In this document: positions 1 through 12,396 of the stretch, piece after piece
How the letters are laid out: the number at the start of each line of letters is the position of its first letter
Position numbering within the stretch: position 1 is the stretch's first letter
Assembly (NCBI GenBank): GCA_965637545.1
Contig: OZ281495.1
Location: forward strand, 13,764,001-13,828,000
Direction of reading: 5' to 3'
DNA: 64,000 bases
Source: Phallusia mammillata
Lineage: Eukaryota
The notes under the pieces: generated by a model
Database searches by the model: none
What the model was told of the DNA's origin: nothing
The model's input: the letters and a program-made list of their open reading frames with translations, nothing else
Translations under genes and position numbers: made by a program

Positions 1-183
1 ACTCAATTTTGCTGATAGCTATTTAGTAATTTGCATAAACATAATGTAGTGACCAATTTTAATTTGGAGCACCACTTTTAATTATGCAAATTCATGTGTA
101 TGATATATTAAACTAGTGCATTTTTGCATGCAAAGTATTTGCTTTAATGTGCTTTTTGCCAGTAATCAATTTCTGCTCGTTAG

Positions 184-3100
184 GTGATGCCAATGTTTGA
201 GGGATGTCAACTTGCTTGGCCACTACAGACTACCCCAATTACTTTGTCCAAGATTTCATTGCCTACCCCTCAAGTCACCATTTCGCTGATTGGATCCACA
301 TGCAATGTATATTGGAATGTTAATGATACAATTCATGTTGGATCATATCAGGTACTAAATAGTTTGGTTTGGGTACTGTGCCCAAAATCCATAGCAGTAA
401 GATCACAACCCTGTAAAAGCAATAAAAGTCACTGATTTTTGCCAAATTGGTAGCACCACTGCATGCATGCAAAAGTAAATTATTAAGTAGGACATGGATT
501 ATATAAATTATCTACAGTATTACAACCCTGCAAAAACCGTCTAACATCACAAGCAATGAAGGTCACTGTTTGCGCCGAATTAATAGAGCCACTACAGCCC
601 CAAGAAAAACCACAAGGGAAAAATGCAACATATTGTTTTGCAAACTTTTAGGTAACCTTTGATGCACAAATTCGAAACAGTCGTTCAAATGAACCTGCTC
701 AACAACACACTATCGACAAACTTGATCGAAAGTTAACTTACTATGGAATTAAAAATTTGACTGCCAACACAAATTATTCTGTTCGAGTCACTGCTCTCCC
801 ATTTACAAAGTGTTCCAGCAAGGTACCTGTGGCCGTTTCCAATTTTGCTTCAGGAACATGCATCACTCCAACCCAAGGTACTGTGTGACCAAAATTAGTT
901 TCTTAACATTTCAGTAAAAGTTTTGACTTATTTCTGCAAGATAAACATACAATAAGCTTCAATTATTTAAAATTTTGTTTTTTTATTTTATGTTTAGGAC
1001 CTTCTCAGATTTCGTTGCCCACTATTCCGGGTTCTTTTGGTAATAGTGCAAAGATTCGATTACCTGCAGTCAGTGAAAGAAATGGTTTGATCAGGTATTT
1101 GTTTCAGAAGGTTTGACCACTTAGGAAATTTGAAATAAACGCATGCAAGTCATTACAAGATGAACATGCATTCATAACCGAGATCAGGCTGATGCGTTAA
1201 TGCAGAGCAGCGATCACATACACATAATCATAGTACACCTGGCGCATTGAATACTTCATACCGAACCAGTTTGGTGACCAGACTTTTTGCACAGGGCTAG
1301 TGCCAGTCAGTTGTGTACCATATATAGCATATTTTTTTTCTTGTTGCAGTTGTTATGTGCTGGTGATGTTAAAGGTGACGAACAGTTCGCAAAATGTCAC
1401 ACGTAACATCACTGATATCAAGCAAGGAATTGGTGTTGTTCGGGATGGAGAACATTACATTGCTGTTGCAAGAAGAAGGTAATGTCCAACGTGCAACGAC
1501 ACTGAATCTTTTGGCTTATTGATTAGGTTTCAGCACGCCATATACATTGTATTGTCTTGTATAATTTTCGATTCTGGACAAAGAATTAAGCTTATTTGTC
1601 AATTGACAGACACAAATACCTGTTTAAGCTGGTTAAGAAGAAATTAACAAACTAAACCTCACGAGAAATACTTCGACAAATAGCACTAAATTTTGTTTCA
1701 ACATTGTTTTCAGTGGAAGTGCTGATATAACACTGGGGGACGGAACATCTACATGCTGTGACGCAAGTCAGGCGTCAGGTATTGGAAATTGCCAGAACCA
1801 GACCACAAGCCGCCAACGACGTAACGCTGGTAACGTCATCCGTGGACAAAACCGCCCGTTGCAAAATGAAGCCAAGTACCAGTATTACGTGATGACTGCA
1901 ACTCCTGGAGATACTGGCACTATATACACTGCAAGCCCTATTTCAGAGCCTGTAACGAGTAAGCAAAAACTTTTTTTAGATCCTTAAAAATTGCTTAAAA
2001 TATTCTCCTGTCATGGGATAAATTAGCTTAATATAACATTAAACACACTATCTTAAATTTGGCTCTTAAATGTCGCTTCAGTTCCGATAAGCAATCGTTT
2101 TTGTCCAAATTTTCTTTGTTAGCTGTCTGGATATTGAGCGCAATCGTATTGTTGTTGGTAAAATCCGTAGATCTTCTTGGCATTAAGATGAAAATAACTT
2201 TAAGCATTAGCTTCAAATTGCGTAAAGACTAGTTTGCATTTCTATCTTGGACGGGTTTCTCTAAAATATGCAATTTACTGAAAAACGTATCAAACTTGGT
2301 AAATGTCAACGGTTATAGAACTTTAAGGGTTGGGTAAGGGTTTGTAATTACAACAACAGTATAAATCTCACATACCCATTTTGGACTAATACGAGTTGGA
2401 AGTGGTAGTAAAAAGGATGTATAAAATTAAGTTATAATGTTAGTGTGATGACAAACCTTTACCCCGACCCTAATAGCCCTACCCGTCAGCATTTTCATAC
2501 GTTTTACTAGTAGTTTGCTATAATTGCGTATTTTAGAGTAGCCCATCAAAAACCGCAAAACTAATTATTACCGAACACTAAAAAACTTGAAGTTGTACTC
2601 TGTTGATTTTTAGGTGCTGCTCCACAACCTCACAGTTCCAGCGATCTGGGCTTGTACATCGCTCTTGCCATTGTTGCCTTATTGGTTATCATTGCCATTA
2701 TCCTGATTGTTGTTTATCGAAGGTGAGAAACATTTTTTCCTGCTCGATTTAACTACCTTTTCCGCTTGACATCCCAAACTCTATTCGCAATTCCCGCAGT
2801 CACCATTTTAAACCCTTACGTTATCAATTCAATTCCAGTAAAATCGTATAATACCTCAGCCAAGCGGATTTAGATCTTAGTTGTTTAGTTTACCATTTGG
2901 GATCCAGCAGTGCCACAGTCTTATTGTTCTTCAAATAAATTCGAGCTTTGGAAGTTGGCAACCCCGGTCATATCTTGATTGATTTCAGGCCTATACGTCG
3001 CCGTCTGCGAAGAACCAAGTCAGGTGGAGCAAGAAACGGAGCCGCAAGAAACGTGAACCAGATGCGACCAGTCCGTCGCCCTAGCAACCGCGAAGGTTTG

Positions 3101-6100
3101 TGCGGCAGAAGTTGCCAAACGCAATGTCTTAACAACTTCAAAGTAAGAGTTCCAGCACTCACACCAGGCGCCGTTAACTTTTATTTTTAGATTCGTTTGA
3201 GAGTGTTAGTGGTGATGAAGATGCGATGAACCAAGCTGGAGAGAAACTCAACGAATTTTTTATCTCGGCCGATTCACTTCTTCAAACCTACAAGAATAAG
3301 CGAGCAAAAGAAGATCGACTGTTTGTCGACGAATTTAAGGTAATGTAGCTTTTGGAAAAAACACAAATAGGTACCAAATTAACGCAATTCATGGTATTTT
3401 GAATTTCTTAATTGCACACACCTGCATTTAGGCAACAGTTTTTGAAGGACTGCTGTTTGTAATAGTTATTGAAAATAGGCTTTTGTAATCACGAAATTTT
3501 ATTGTTTGATCTTAAGTATAGACCGTCGCTTTCCAACAACTTTATTTTCGAAGTAACACACTTAATTCTTAAATACTGTGTAGTTTGGAAATGTGGGTGT
3601 ATTTTTTCGTCGTTTTTGAATAGTACACTATTTGATTTAAGCATTGTAATCGATGCAATTGTTGTTGTTTAGAAAGTTTTGCCTGAGCTTGTGACAAAGG
3701 CAAAAGTCAGCACGGAATACGGAAAAGTTGCCCAACAGCATCGAAAGAATCGCTTTAAAAACATTCTTCCAAGTAAGTAGTCTTTGTGTTTGGACATGAT
3801 GCCCTTTATTCTTTTTATTCAATTATATTTTTGTGAAACTACCGGTCATTGACTGATAAAAATAAGCCTTAGGTGTAACACAGTTTGATAAATGTACCCG
3901 AAAGGTGACTAAACTTTTCACTTTTGTTCGGGTTCTATTTTGGCAATGAAACGAAACTCTGGTGCAGTTCGCCACCTTTGTGTCGTTGTTCCTAACTTTG
4001 ATCAAAACGTTGATGGATTCAATTAGCGTGTTTCAGTTTTCACTGCAAAGATCACATATACTGTTTTTTTTATTTAAAGTTACAAAGGCCACAAAGGCGT
4101 GAAATTCGTCACTTTTCCTGCCTTTCAGTATTGTTGGGGTCAGCTGCAATGACTGTATGAAACCCGACGTATTGTTGTAACGTAGACTTGATGACCATTT
4201 ATGGACTGGATGGTCCATATTTATCGATTTAACTTCCTTGTTTGTGTTGGGTACGACCTCATTTTGCTCCGGCGAAGTGTTTGTTCTACCTGCATTTGAT
4301 AAACCGTCGTTCGTTTCGCAATTTAATTTTACCACATTTTACAACAGACTTGATTAACTGAAAAACCAGAACTTAACCAGAACTGAAACACTTAACTGTG
4401 TCCGTGACTGTTTTTTGTGACTTAATCAGCGTATATTAGCATGTAGTGTCGTGGGAAACCTGGTAAATGCAAATAAGGTGACAGCGACTCTTTAATTACG
4501 TACTTCCTGCAACACATGTGCTTGTTTCACTGGTTTTCTCAATGTCATTTGCATAATATTAATAAAACAAGCGTTATACGCATCTTACGGTTTGAATATC
4601 ATTTAAAACGATTTACATACCGAGATGATTTCACATAGAAAATCCATACAAGGTCATAGTAGCACTTACTGTGCTTTGTATGTAATGAGTGAAGAGATAT
4701 ACTGCGCGAATTTCATAAAATGGTGATTTGTTTGTTTCTGCTTTTTCAAATGTTTGGCGTGTTATGCGTAATCTTGTAAGTCACAAGTTGGACTGGATCT
4801 TTCTTTTTCCGTTTCAGGTGACGAAGCAAGAGTTGTTCTGAGCAAAAGCTCGGACGTGATGTCAGACTACATCAATGCCTCGTACATAAACGTAAGCTGT
4901 TAAACAAACCTGGTGTTTTTGTATGTGACCTCACTTGACCCCGTGTATGTGATGTCAGGGTTACTCGGTGCCAAAGAAGTACATAGCTACCCAGGGTCCG
5001 ACCGAATCGACTTGCAATGACTTCTGGCGAATGGTGACCGATAAAAAGTGCTCAATCATCGTCATGTTAACTCAACTTACAGAGAACCACAAGGTCGGGA
5101 GTGTATTTATTTGTCACCTACATGTATCTCCAATCAGGGCTAGGCCGTTTTTATCCAACGATTAAAAGGGATGGTCAACCTTCGTCACTGTGGGGTCAAA
5201 TACAATTGCGATGATTAGATCGCGGGCCGCACGTTTATATGACACAAAGTGATTTTACTGCGTTGCGTACCAAAAATGCCTTACTACAAGTAAAATTCGC
5301 ATTTGATTCTTGCAACATATTGGCTGGTCGCAGAAAAAAGCACCGGGCGCACTAATCTGCTCAAAAATATGTAATGATTGGACTCGTTTGCCAGCACATT
5401 TGAAATCCAAGTGTCTCTGCGGGCCGCACAACTTTAATCAAAGGGCCGCATGTGGCCCGCGGACCGCAGGTTGCCCACCCCTGACCTAGAGCGTTTGTAT
5501 TTTTTTTCAATGTTTAGCAGATTGTGGTTTGTTACCTAGCATCACTTTAAAGTCAGGTCAGACATCAAACTTGATGCCCAGAACTCGGCTTCTGCCTCGT
5601 TTCGGTCTTATCGGACTTTTGCTTCCTGCTTACAGTTTTTACGGCGAAAATTGTTTCGTCTATTAGGCATTTTATCATTGCAGGAAAAATGCGTCAAATA
5701 TTGGCCGGAAATAGGAATACAATGCCAGTACGGGAACTGCACTGTTATGACGACCAACGAATCGGCTTTTGGTGACGTCATTTGTAGAACTTTTCGTGTA
5801 ACCATGTCTCGTTTTAACGTGAGATGTTATTTCATTGTTTTTGTTGCTTTTCCTGTGCTAAGTAAGCTGATGATGCTTTTTTGTCATGACTTGCAGAATC
5901 CATTCGAAGTAAAGCAGCTGCAATACTTGGGTTGGCCTGATCATGGCATCCCACATACAACCTCTAGTATATTCTGGCTTCACAAACTGGCTGTGGGAGG
6001 ACATGCTGTCAGCGGGGGACCATTGCTTGTGCATTGCAGGTCGGAGGTTAATGTTGATAAACGCGAGTATAAAAACTCGCACTGTGTCGGTAATTCTGGG

Positions 6101-9100
6101 TAGCATTTCACTAGAAGCGTTCTATATTTTTCTTTACTCTTATAGTGCGGGTATCGGCCGAACTGGAACTTTCATAGCTCTGGACTTTCTTGGTGAACAA
6201 ATGGAAGCCGAGGGGAGAGTTAACGTTCTTGCAGCTGTCTTTCAAATGAGACTAAACAGAACAGAGATGGTACAGACCTTGGTAGGTTATTGTTAAAATT
6301 AGATTTATGCACCGGTTTCATTTGGTATGTAGTCTCTTGTGGCCAGGCGTACTATGATCCATTTTTAAGTGTTTTAGCTTAAAAGATGTTCATGGTTGCT
6401 AACTGATGGTAAAGTTGGCGATTTTTTTACTCGTGACGCGCCGTCGATTTGAATTCGTTGCCATGGAAAGATACATTTTCTAGTTTAAGCCTAAAAAGAG
6501 TTAATTCTGTATTACGCCCATTGTGGCCAGCCTGATGCCAATACGTTTGCTCTTGTAAAGAGTCTACAGAAACTTTTTAAGGCTGATCCTAGTTATAAAT
6601 ATTCATGGCTGTTAAGGGTTTCAGTGGAAGTATTGCAGAAGCTGAAAGATAGAACCAGTGCCCTGACAATTCCTTCTTTATGTACCTGTAACAGAAAAAG
6701 CATATTTTTCCGCTAATGGTTTCAATTGTTTTTACAGGGTCAGTACGTGTTCGTTCACAAACTGATTGCCGAACTAAAGGCATTCGGAAACACTGACGTT
6801 GAGGCTTTTGAATTTGCTACTCAGTACGATAACCTGAAAGTGTAAGTGATTGTATCATTGTCTTGTAAATGTTACAAAAAACGACCTCCAACGCATTTAT
6901 GCACTATGTCGTGACTTCAAAGTGAAAAAAGAACTATATGTAAGCTAGCTTGTGCAAAGTTCTACATTTGTTAAAAATGATCTTACACGGTTTCCTTGTA
7001 ATTCATTGGTCGGCTAAGTTCAAATTGATAACACTTCAATATCACCCAATGACAAACCGAACGATAAATCTGCTTCTGCGGTATGCAAATGTGATACAGG
7101 AGCTTGATTGGGCTCGACCAAGTACATAGAGTTAAGGTGAATACTTGGTGCTAAATATTCATTTTGTATTTTTACCATTATTTATTAATTGGGCTTCGGT
7201 AGCTGTATTGAATTCGCTTCCTTGTGGATATTGTTTACTGCGTAGTCGTAGACGCTCATGTTGATTTTCGGCCATCAATCCTTGGACCCTAAGGATATTA
7301 CATAAGATCTAAATAAAGCTCGTAATTGTTTTGTGCAGTATTGACGATTCTCTTCACGTCTCTCGTCTGAAAATTCAGTTTGATCGTCTGGATATAGTTC
7401 CTCCTTCATTGAAGGAAACAAAAGCGGGACGGAAAGCCATAAATAAAGCATTCAACGTCGATTCCTCGGTTTTGCCCTGTAAGATATCCCCAAGTTTAAC
7501 TACTAATATTTAATAAACAAGTATTGCCCCACCAGCAGTATTTTGCAATTCAACCATATTTAATGGAACAATTTTAATTTCAAGAGGAATTTGAAACTTA
7601 CTGAAACATGCCGTTTGCATTGCTGTAATGTAATGTTTTGGAGTAAATATTTAAGTTAGTTTGGTAATTTGCTCCAAATCAATTCTCGTTATTTGAACAG
7701 ATGATCACAGCCTGGCTTTCGTGGGAATGCTTTCCACCGATAAAGAAATTCCGTATCTCAATGGCTCAAGTGTTCCGGTGAGTTAATTTTGGGTTCGAAA
7801 TGTTTTTATCTGAGGACTATATAGATCAGGGACCAGTCCTCACACCCCAAGCCCCCCTCCCCCAACCCATTTCAGATTTGAAATTGGGTTATTTTACGCA
7901 GATAAAAAGGGACAAAAACATACTTATTGAGTTCATAAAAGAAGTGTTTTAAAACAAAAAGGTTGGATACCATTAAATGTAATTTTGAAGACTGTTAAGA
8001 CCAGTTTTAGGGGCAATCCGTAATGTACGGGCGTTGAAATCTTATTCCGAACCTGAGGCCGCTGATGGGAATGTTTGTGCTATTGTAAACAGAGCCTAAT
8101 ATAACATAGTATGTCAAATGCCCATGTTTTCTGACCTTATACCCACTGTTTATTAACAGGCTTACAACTTCGGATTTTACTACATAGTGGCACAAAGTCC
8201 ACCTGAGTGCAATCTCAACACATTTTGGCGATGTGTAACGGACAACGCCATTCACTGCATTGTTATGCTGGAAGAGGTAAACGGCACCAACGAATTGTAT
8301 TTACTGCATAAGTAGCACACAGTGGCCACATATTGGACATATTGTATCAGCCAAACGCTTCTTAAACAAGAAAATACTTGTGCACAAGAAAATGCTATTG
8401 CTTTAAGTGTGTGAGCTAGTCTTTATTTGAAACTTTTTCGGTTTAGGAGTCTTCATGCAGCAAATACTGGTTGGGGCAGAAAGCAGCACTTTTTCCCGAG
8501 TTCAATGTTGAAATTGTGGGATTGAACAAGTGCCATGGATATTTGGAACGTGATATGCAAGTGACTAGAAATTCATCCACGGTGTGTTTCTTTGAATTTC
8601 TTTAGTTTTCATTTAATTAGGTCAGTGGTTCTTAAAGTATGGGTCGCGACCCAAACGTGGGTCGCGCAGGGTCAAAAAATGGGTCGCGCTATGGTGGTTC
8701 AATTCTATCCAAACGAACTATTACTGCATTAGGTAAAAACAAACGAATTTGCTTAATGTAGTAGTAGTAAAGTCCACTCACTCGACCACGTTGTACAGTA
8801 AAATGAACTTAATCATTGCGAAATACTGACAATAGCCTTTCAATTTTACTGTTACGCACAAGGCGATTGTAACGTCATAGCACGGGGAATAAAAGTTAAT
8901 CATGCGAAACTGAACGTGGAGATGTAACAGTTACCGTTTAAGGATTAGCAGGTATTCGTACAAGGAACCTTTTTTAGATTTGGGATTCACTTCAATCAAT
9001 GATCATGGTGCTGCAAAGCCACAATGTGTGTTGTGTTATGTAGTATTGTTGAATCGAACTCGTTAAACCTGCAGCCATTTTGACAGGGGCAGGCCCAGTG

Positions 9101-10334
9101 CGGCCACGACGTGGCCTCGAAATTGTTACATTTTTTGATGTTTGAGGCTTGGGTCGTGAGATGTTCATAATACTCAGATTTGGGTCGCGGTCAAAAAAGT
9201 TTGAGAACCACTGAATTAGGTTATCGGAATATGGGTCATTCATCAAAATAAATTTGAAAGTACGCGTATTTTAGTCAGCCGATTATTTGAGCAAAAAGCT
9301 GTTTTATTCAATCGAATCAAAAGAACAGATAAACATGTTTTATTCGCCCTAAACATTGCTGCTCGAAAACACTTGTTTCGTCGAATAATTTGTATCTCTC
9401 GTTTGGAGCTTTTATCAGCAGAAAATGTGAAAAGATCACATGCGTCGATGTACAAGAACTATTCAGATTTTTAATGACAATAAATATAAAGTACTAAAAC
9501 ACCCAATTTCAAGTAACTTTTTGATCATTCAACGCAGGTTTAATTCATGTGGTCTCTTATTGCTTTTATAACACTGAAAACTTCCTTTCGAAATTATTTT
9601 TTCCCAAGGGGCATTTCTAAAGTGTTTTTATCTTGAACTGTTTGCTTTATTGATAGGCCCAGCACCACGTCAAGCAGTTTGTCTTCAATAGCTGGAAATC
9701 CGTCCAACCAGTTCCAGAAACTTCCGCCTTTTTAGAAATCATATCCAAGGTCGAGCGCTTCCAAGCTGGCGCTACAGACGTGAGAGGAAAACGAATAATT
9801 GCTCTTGTACATAGCAGGTTTGTAAAAATTGTAAAACCATTCCTTAAGTTGTTTGTATTTTTGTAAAAGCTGATAACTTGACTTTGCTTATACGTTTAGC
9901 TGGGCAGTATTAAGCTCCAAAAGCCAAATACAAGCTGGCCTAACTCAAAAGTACAAGCCCCAAATCCGTTCCAAACCCGAAATTGTATTCAAAAAGCCCT
10001 ATTTGCCCGAAAGTTAGATTTACCAAGGTTGTGACCAAGAGTGAAGTCCTATCCGATTTAAGTTCGTTTTATTTAAACCCACGTACATTACTTTTAAGTA
10101 CAAGTTTTTTTTAGTGACGGATCAAGTCGTACTGGGATGTTTTGCGGAGTTGCCAACCTGCTCGAGCGTCTAAAGAACGAAAACAAGGTGGATGTGATGA
10201 GAGAAGTGAAAAATCTTCGCGATTTGCGTCCTAGAATGGTCGGCAGTGTTGAACAATACGAATTCTGTTACGAGGCTGTTCTACAGTACGTCCAGTCGTT
10301 CGACACGTACGGTAACTTTAAGAGCTCGGAGTAA
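184..10334 (+). CDS. Receptor-type protein tyrosine phosphatase, 5'-partial (FN3 ectodomain - TM - PTP D1 - PTP D2)
   Basis: Hand-spliced GT-AG exons with consistent phase: 184-351, 652-877, 998-1094, 1350-1478, 1714-1958, 2614-2722 ([26 protein letters not shown]), 2989-3095, 3191-3339, 3673-3772, 4818-4891, 4959-5093, 5684-5818, 5897-6039, 6146-6281, 6738-6841, 7339-7478, 7701-7777, 8160-8276, 8447-8581, 9657-9817, 10115-10334. FN3 motif [16 protein letters not shown]1 motifs [62 protein letters not shown]2 is degenerate ([11 protein letters not shown]). Start lies upstream of the window. Confidence 0.95.
1227..1281 (+). repeat. Short dispersed repeat family X, copy 1
   Basis: atcatagtacacctggcgcattgaatacttcataccgaaccagtttggtgaccag aligns with copies at 6309-6360(-), 14208-14287 and 59481-59572. 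Confidence 0.65.
2250..2547. mobile_element. Fold-back MITE-like element with about 100-bp imperfect terminal inverted repeats
   Basis: Left arm gacgggtttctctaaaatatgcaatt...aagggttgggtaagggtttgt matches the reverse complement of the right arm (gatgggctactctaaaatacgcaatt...tagggtcggggtaaaggtttgt). No TSD recognised. Lies in the PTP intron before the TM exon. Confidence 0.7.
5166..5483. mobile_element. hAT-type MITE (degenerate)
   Basis: TIRs aagggatggtcaaccttcg and revcomp caggggtgggcaacctgcg; subterminal gcgggccgca repeats. Right flank acctagag has a central TA; the left TSD is not preserved. Confidence 0.75.
6309..6360 (-). repeat. Short dispersed repeat family X, copy 2
   Basis: Reverse complement ggatcatagtacgcctggccacaagagactacataccaaatgaaaccggtgc matches the family consensus. 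Confidence 0.55.
8623..9213 (+). mobile_element. Non-autonomous hAT (Buster/Charlie-like) deletion derivative with 8-bp TSD
   Basis: TIRs cagtggttct(t/c)aaa; perfect TSD AATTAGGT (8615-8622 and 9214-9221); repeated gggtcgcg subterminal motifs. An internal remnant at 8950-9063 translates [29 protein letters not shown], resembling the N-terminal BED finger of Buster/ZBED5-type transposases. Confidence 0.9.
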
Positions 10335-10877
10335 GGAACTTAAGGTTAACATAGCACAGCACTATTGGCGTCGACTCAGGCAATTTTTGTAATTGACTCA
10401 AGTCAAGTGTTTTTTGTACATTTACTCGGTGTTTGCTTATCAAGTCTTTTTGGCTGTAGCGTTTTTATACGAATTCCACTGACAAAACTCGTTTTAACTT
10501 GTACATAAAGACAAGAAATGAATTGTCGATTTGTAACCGTTTATTTTACTGCCAAGTTTTTTGTTTTAATCGTGCAATAATCGCTGGTTCTGTTTTGTGC
10601 CATTTGTTACTGTTGTTGGTAAAACGCGTCTTTTATTGTTGCACAATTAGCAGTTCACTGTCTTTGTTTAGGTTTGGATTTAATTTTGGGTTTTGCGTAG
10701 ACTTCACCCTGAAAAGCTACTCATGAAAAGTTTATATTTTTGGCTGTTGGTATTGTTTAATTTTAAGGGTTGGCTCACAGACGTCTGTTTTTTTTCTGCT
10801 GCGTTATACGTATCCAATTTTTTGGCGGTCCGCTTATTTGCGAGTTGATGATGACTGTTGTAAACAATGTAATATGC

Positions 10878-10883
10878 AATAAA
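10878..10883 (+). promoter_or_regulatory. Candidate polyadenylation signal (AATAAA) of the PTP gene
   Basis: AATAAA about 545 nt after the PTP stop codon, following an AT/GT-rich UTR-like stretch. Confidence 0.5.
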
Positions 10884-12032
10884 GTATAGCCCACACTTAC
10901 TCTCAGTGTCTGACACTATAGCTCGAAATTTAAGAATCTGAACCGACGAGGCAACGGTGGTTTGGTAATTTTGCCAACATAATGCAGCTCGTTTGTGGAT
11001 CCCAATTTATTACCCCACGAATCCTGATAATTTCGATAAACATTCTTTAACTTGCTGCTGTTTGTTTAATACAAGGGTTTTGGTAGATGTGAAAGGCTGT
11101 GCAAAAACATGCACTATTTACCCGTAGAGGTATTGTTGTGTGATACTTGTAGCACATGACGTCAAAGCAACCATACCGAAACCACGATCCGTTAAAGAAA
11201 AAGAACGAAAAAGAATGTAAAGACGCAATAATAAGGAAACCAGACAAAGAAAAATGCCCCCAAAGTTATGCTTTCAACCTGTTTTGAGTCGCGATTCCTT
11301 TTTTTATGGGATAAAATTTGCGACACATCAACCAAATAAGCCAAAAAATTACACTTCTTTTGCCTATAATTTCCCAAATACAATGAAAAACTTTTCATAA
11401 ATAAATGAAATGTTTAAAAATAAATTTCGTAGAGGCATCCATCGCTTGAGAAACCCTTCCAACCAGGAAAAATCACTGGCTTATCTTTACATTGGATGCA
11501 AAATGAGTTTAAACTTACGAATCCCACATTGATGTTACATGGGTTTGAATACTAAACTATATGTCCCTAAAACAAGTTCGGATATCAATACTATACGAAT
11601 AACGGATATCATACACGCGAATATTTATATTTTGGTTATTAGGCTATGTTAACCGACTAATAAACAGGAATCGTCAGATAATCAACTATCTAATTCTACA
11701 AGAAACGTTTATTACAACATATTTGAAATGTAAAACAGTTTTCTTTTTTATCTTCACAAATGTCCTGAATTTGAAACTTCTCAACTTACTGCTTTTAGGA
11801 TGCATTAGTAAAAAAGTAGGTTTATAGGCTACTATTTAGCATAGTAACATAGTTATAATTGTTTTGCATTTTGTCCTCTTCCCGTTCCTTAACAAAGAAG
11901 GTTGCCCCACGCTGAGTTTACGCCTTTAAAATGCACGAATTCCGTTTCAGAATCTTAATTTAGCTTTCTAGCTAAATCTCATTGCAAAACTGGAACTGTC
12001 CGGTTGGCACCTGTAGGCTACATACACACAAT

Positions 12033-12396
12033 TAGGACTACCATTTTAATTAGGACAAATTAGGACATGTCCTCCTTTTTAACAAAAAACAAGTTGTCCT
12101 CCGAGGATTAAAAAACTAAACCAAATGTCCTCCTTTTTAAAGAATTTCTGATTCACCAACTACATAAGTAACAATTATGCCTTTGAAAACAGCTAAATAT
12201 TAATCTTCAGCTTATTTTTTAAAGAATACAGGTGGGTTTTTCAGTGTAGTGGTGTGATAAACGTTTATCTTTGTCCGAATTATAATTCAATACCGTCTAA
12301 TTTCTAAGGCTTTTATTTGTAGGCGCCCAAAGTATTTTTTTATGTTCTTTTCAATAATGTATCCTCCTTTTGGGGGATGGAAATATGGTAGCCCTG
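12033..12396. mobile_element. hAT (Tip100-like) MITE with 8-bp TSD
   Basis: TIRs taggactaccat and revcomp cagggctaccat; perfect TSD CACACAAT (12025-12032, 12397-12404); internal aggaca/tgtcct subterminal repeats. Confidence 0.85.

Noticed and set aside
4033-4335. 100-aa minus-strand ORF in the 1-kb PTP intron
   Set aside because: No recognisable motif or splice context; compatible with chance.
6457-6470. RFX X-box-like GTTGCCATGGAAAG (and a half-site near 40850)
   Set aside because: Single intronic motif matches without conservation or chromatin data.
7019-7080. Possible extra PTP exon between D1 and D2
   Set aside because: The 62-nt segment does not fit the phase-2/phase-2 junction 6841-7339 unless a weaker donor at 6839 is used; unsupported without transcripts.
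7825-8020. CAGGG-starting, C-rich segment sharing gtcctcacacccc with 29822
   Set aside because: Only a 13-bp match; no paired TIR or TSD could be defined.
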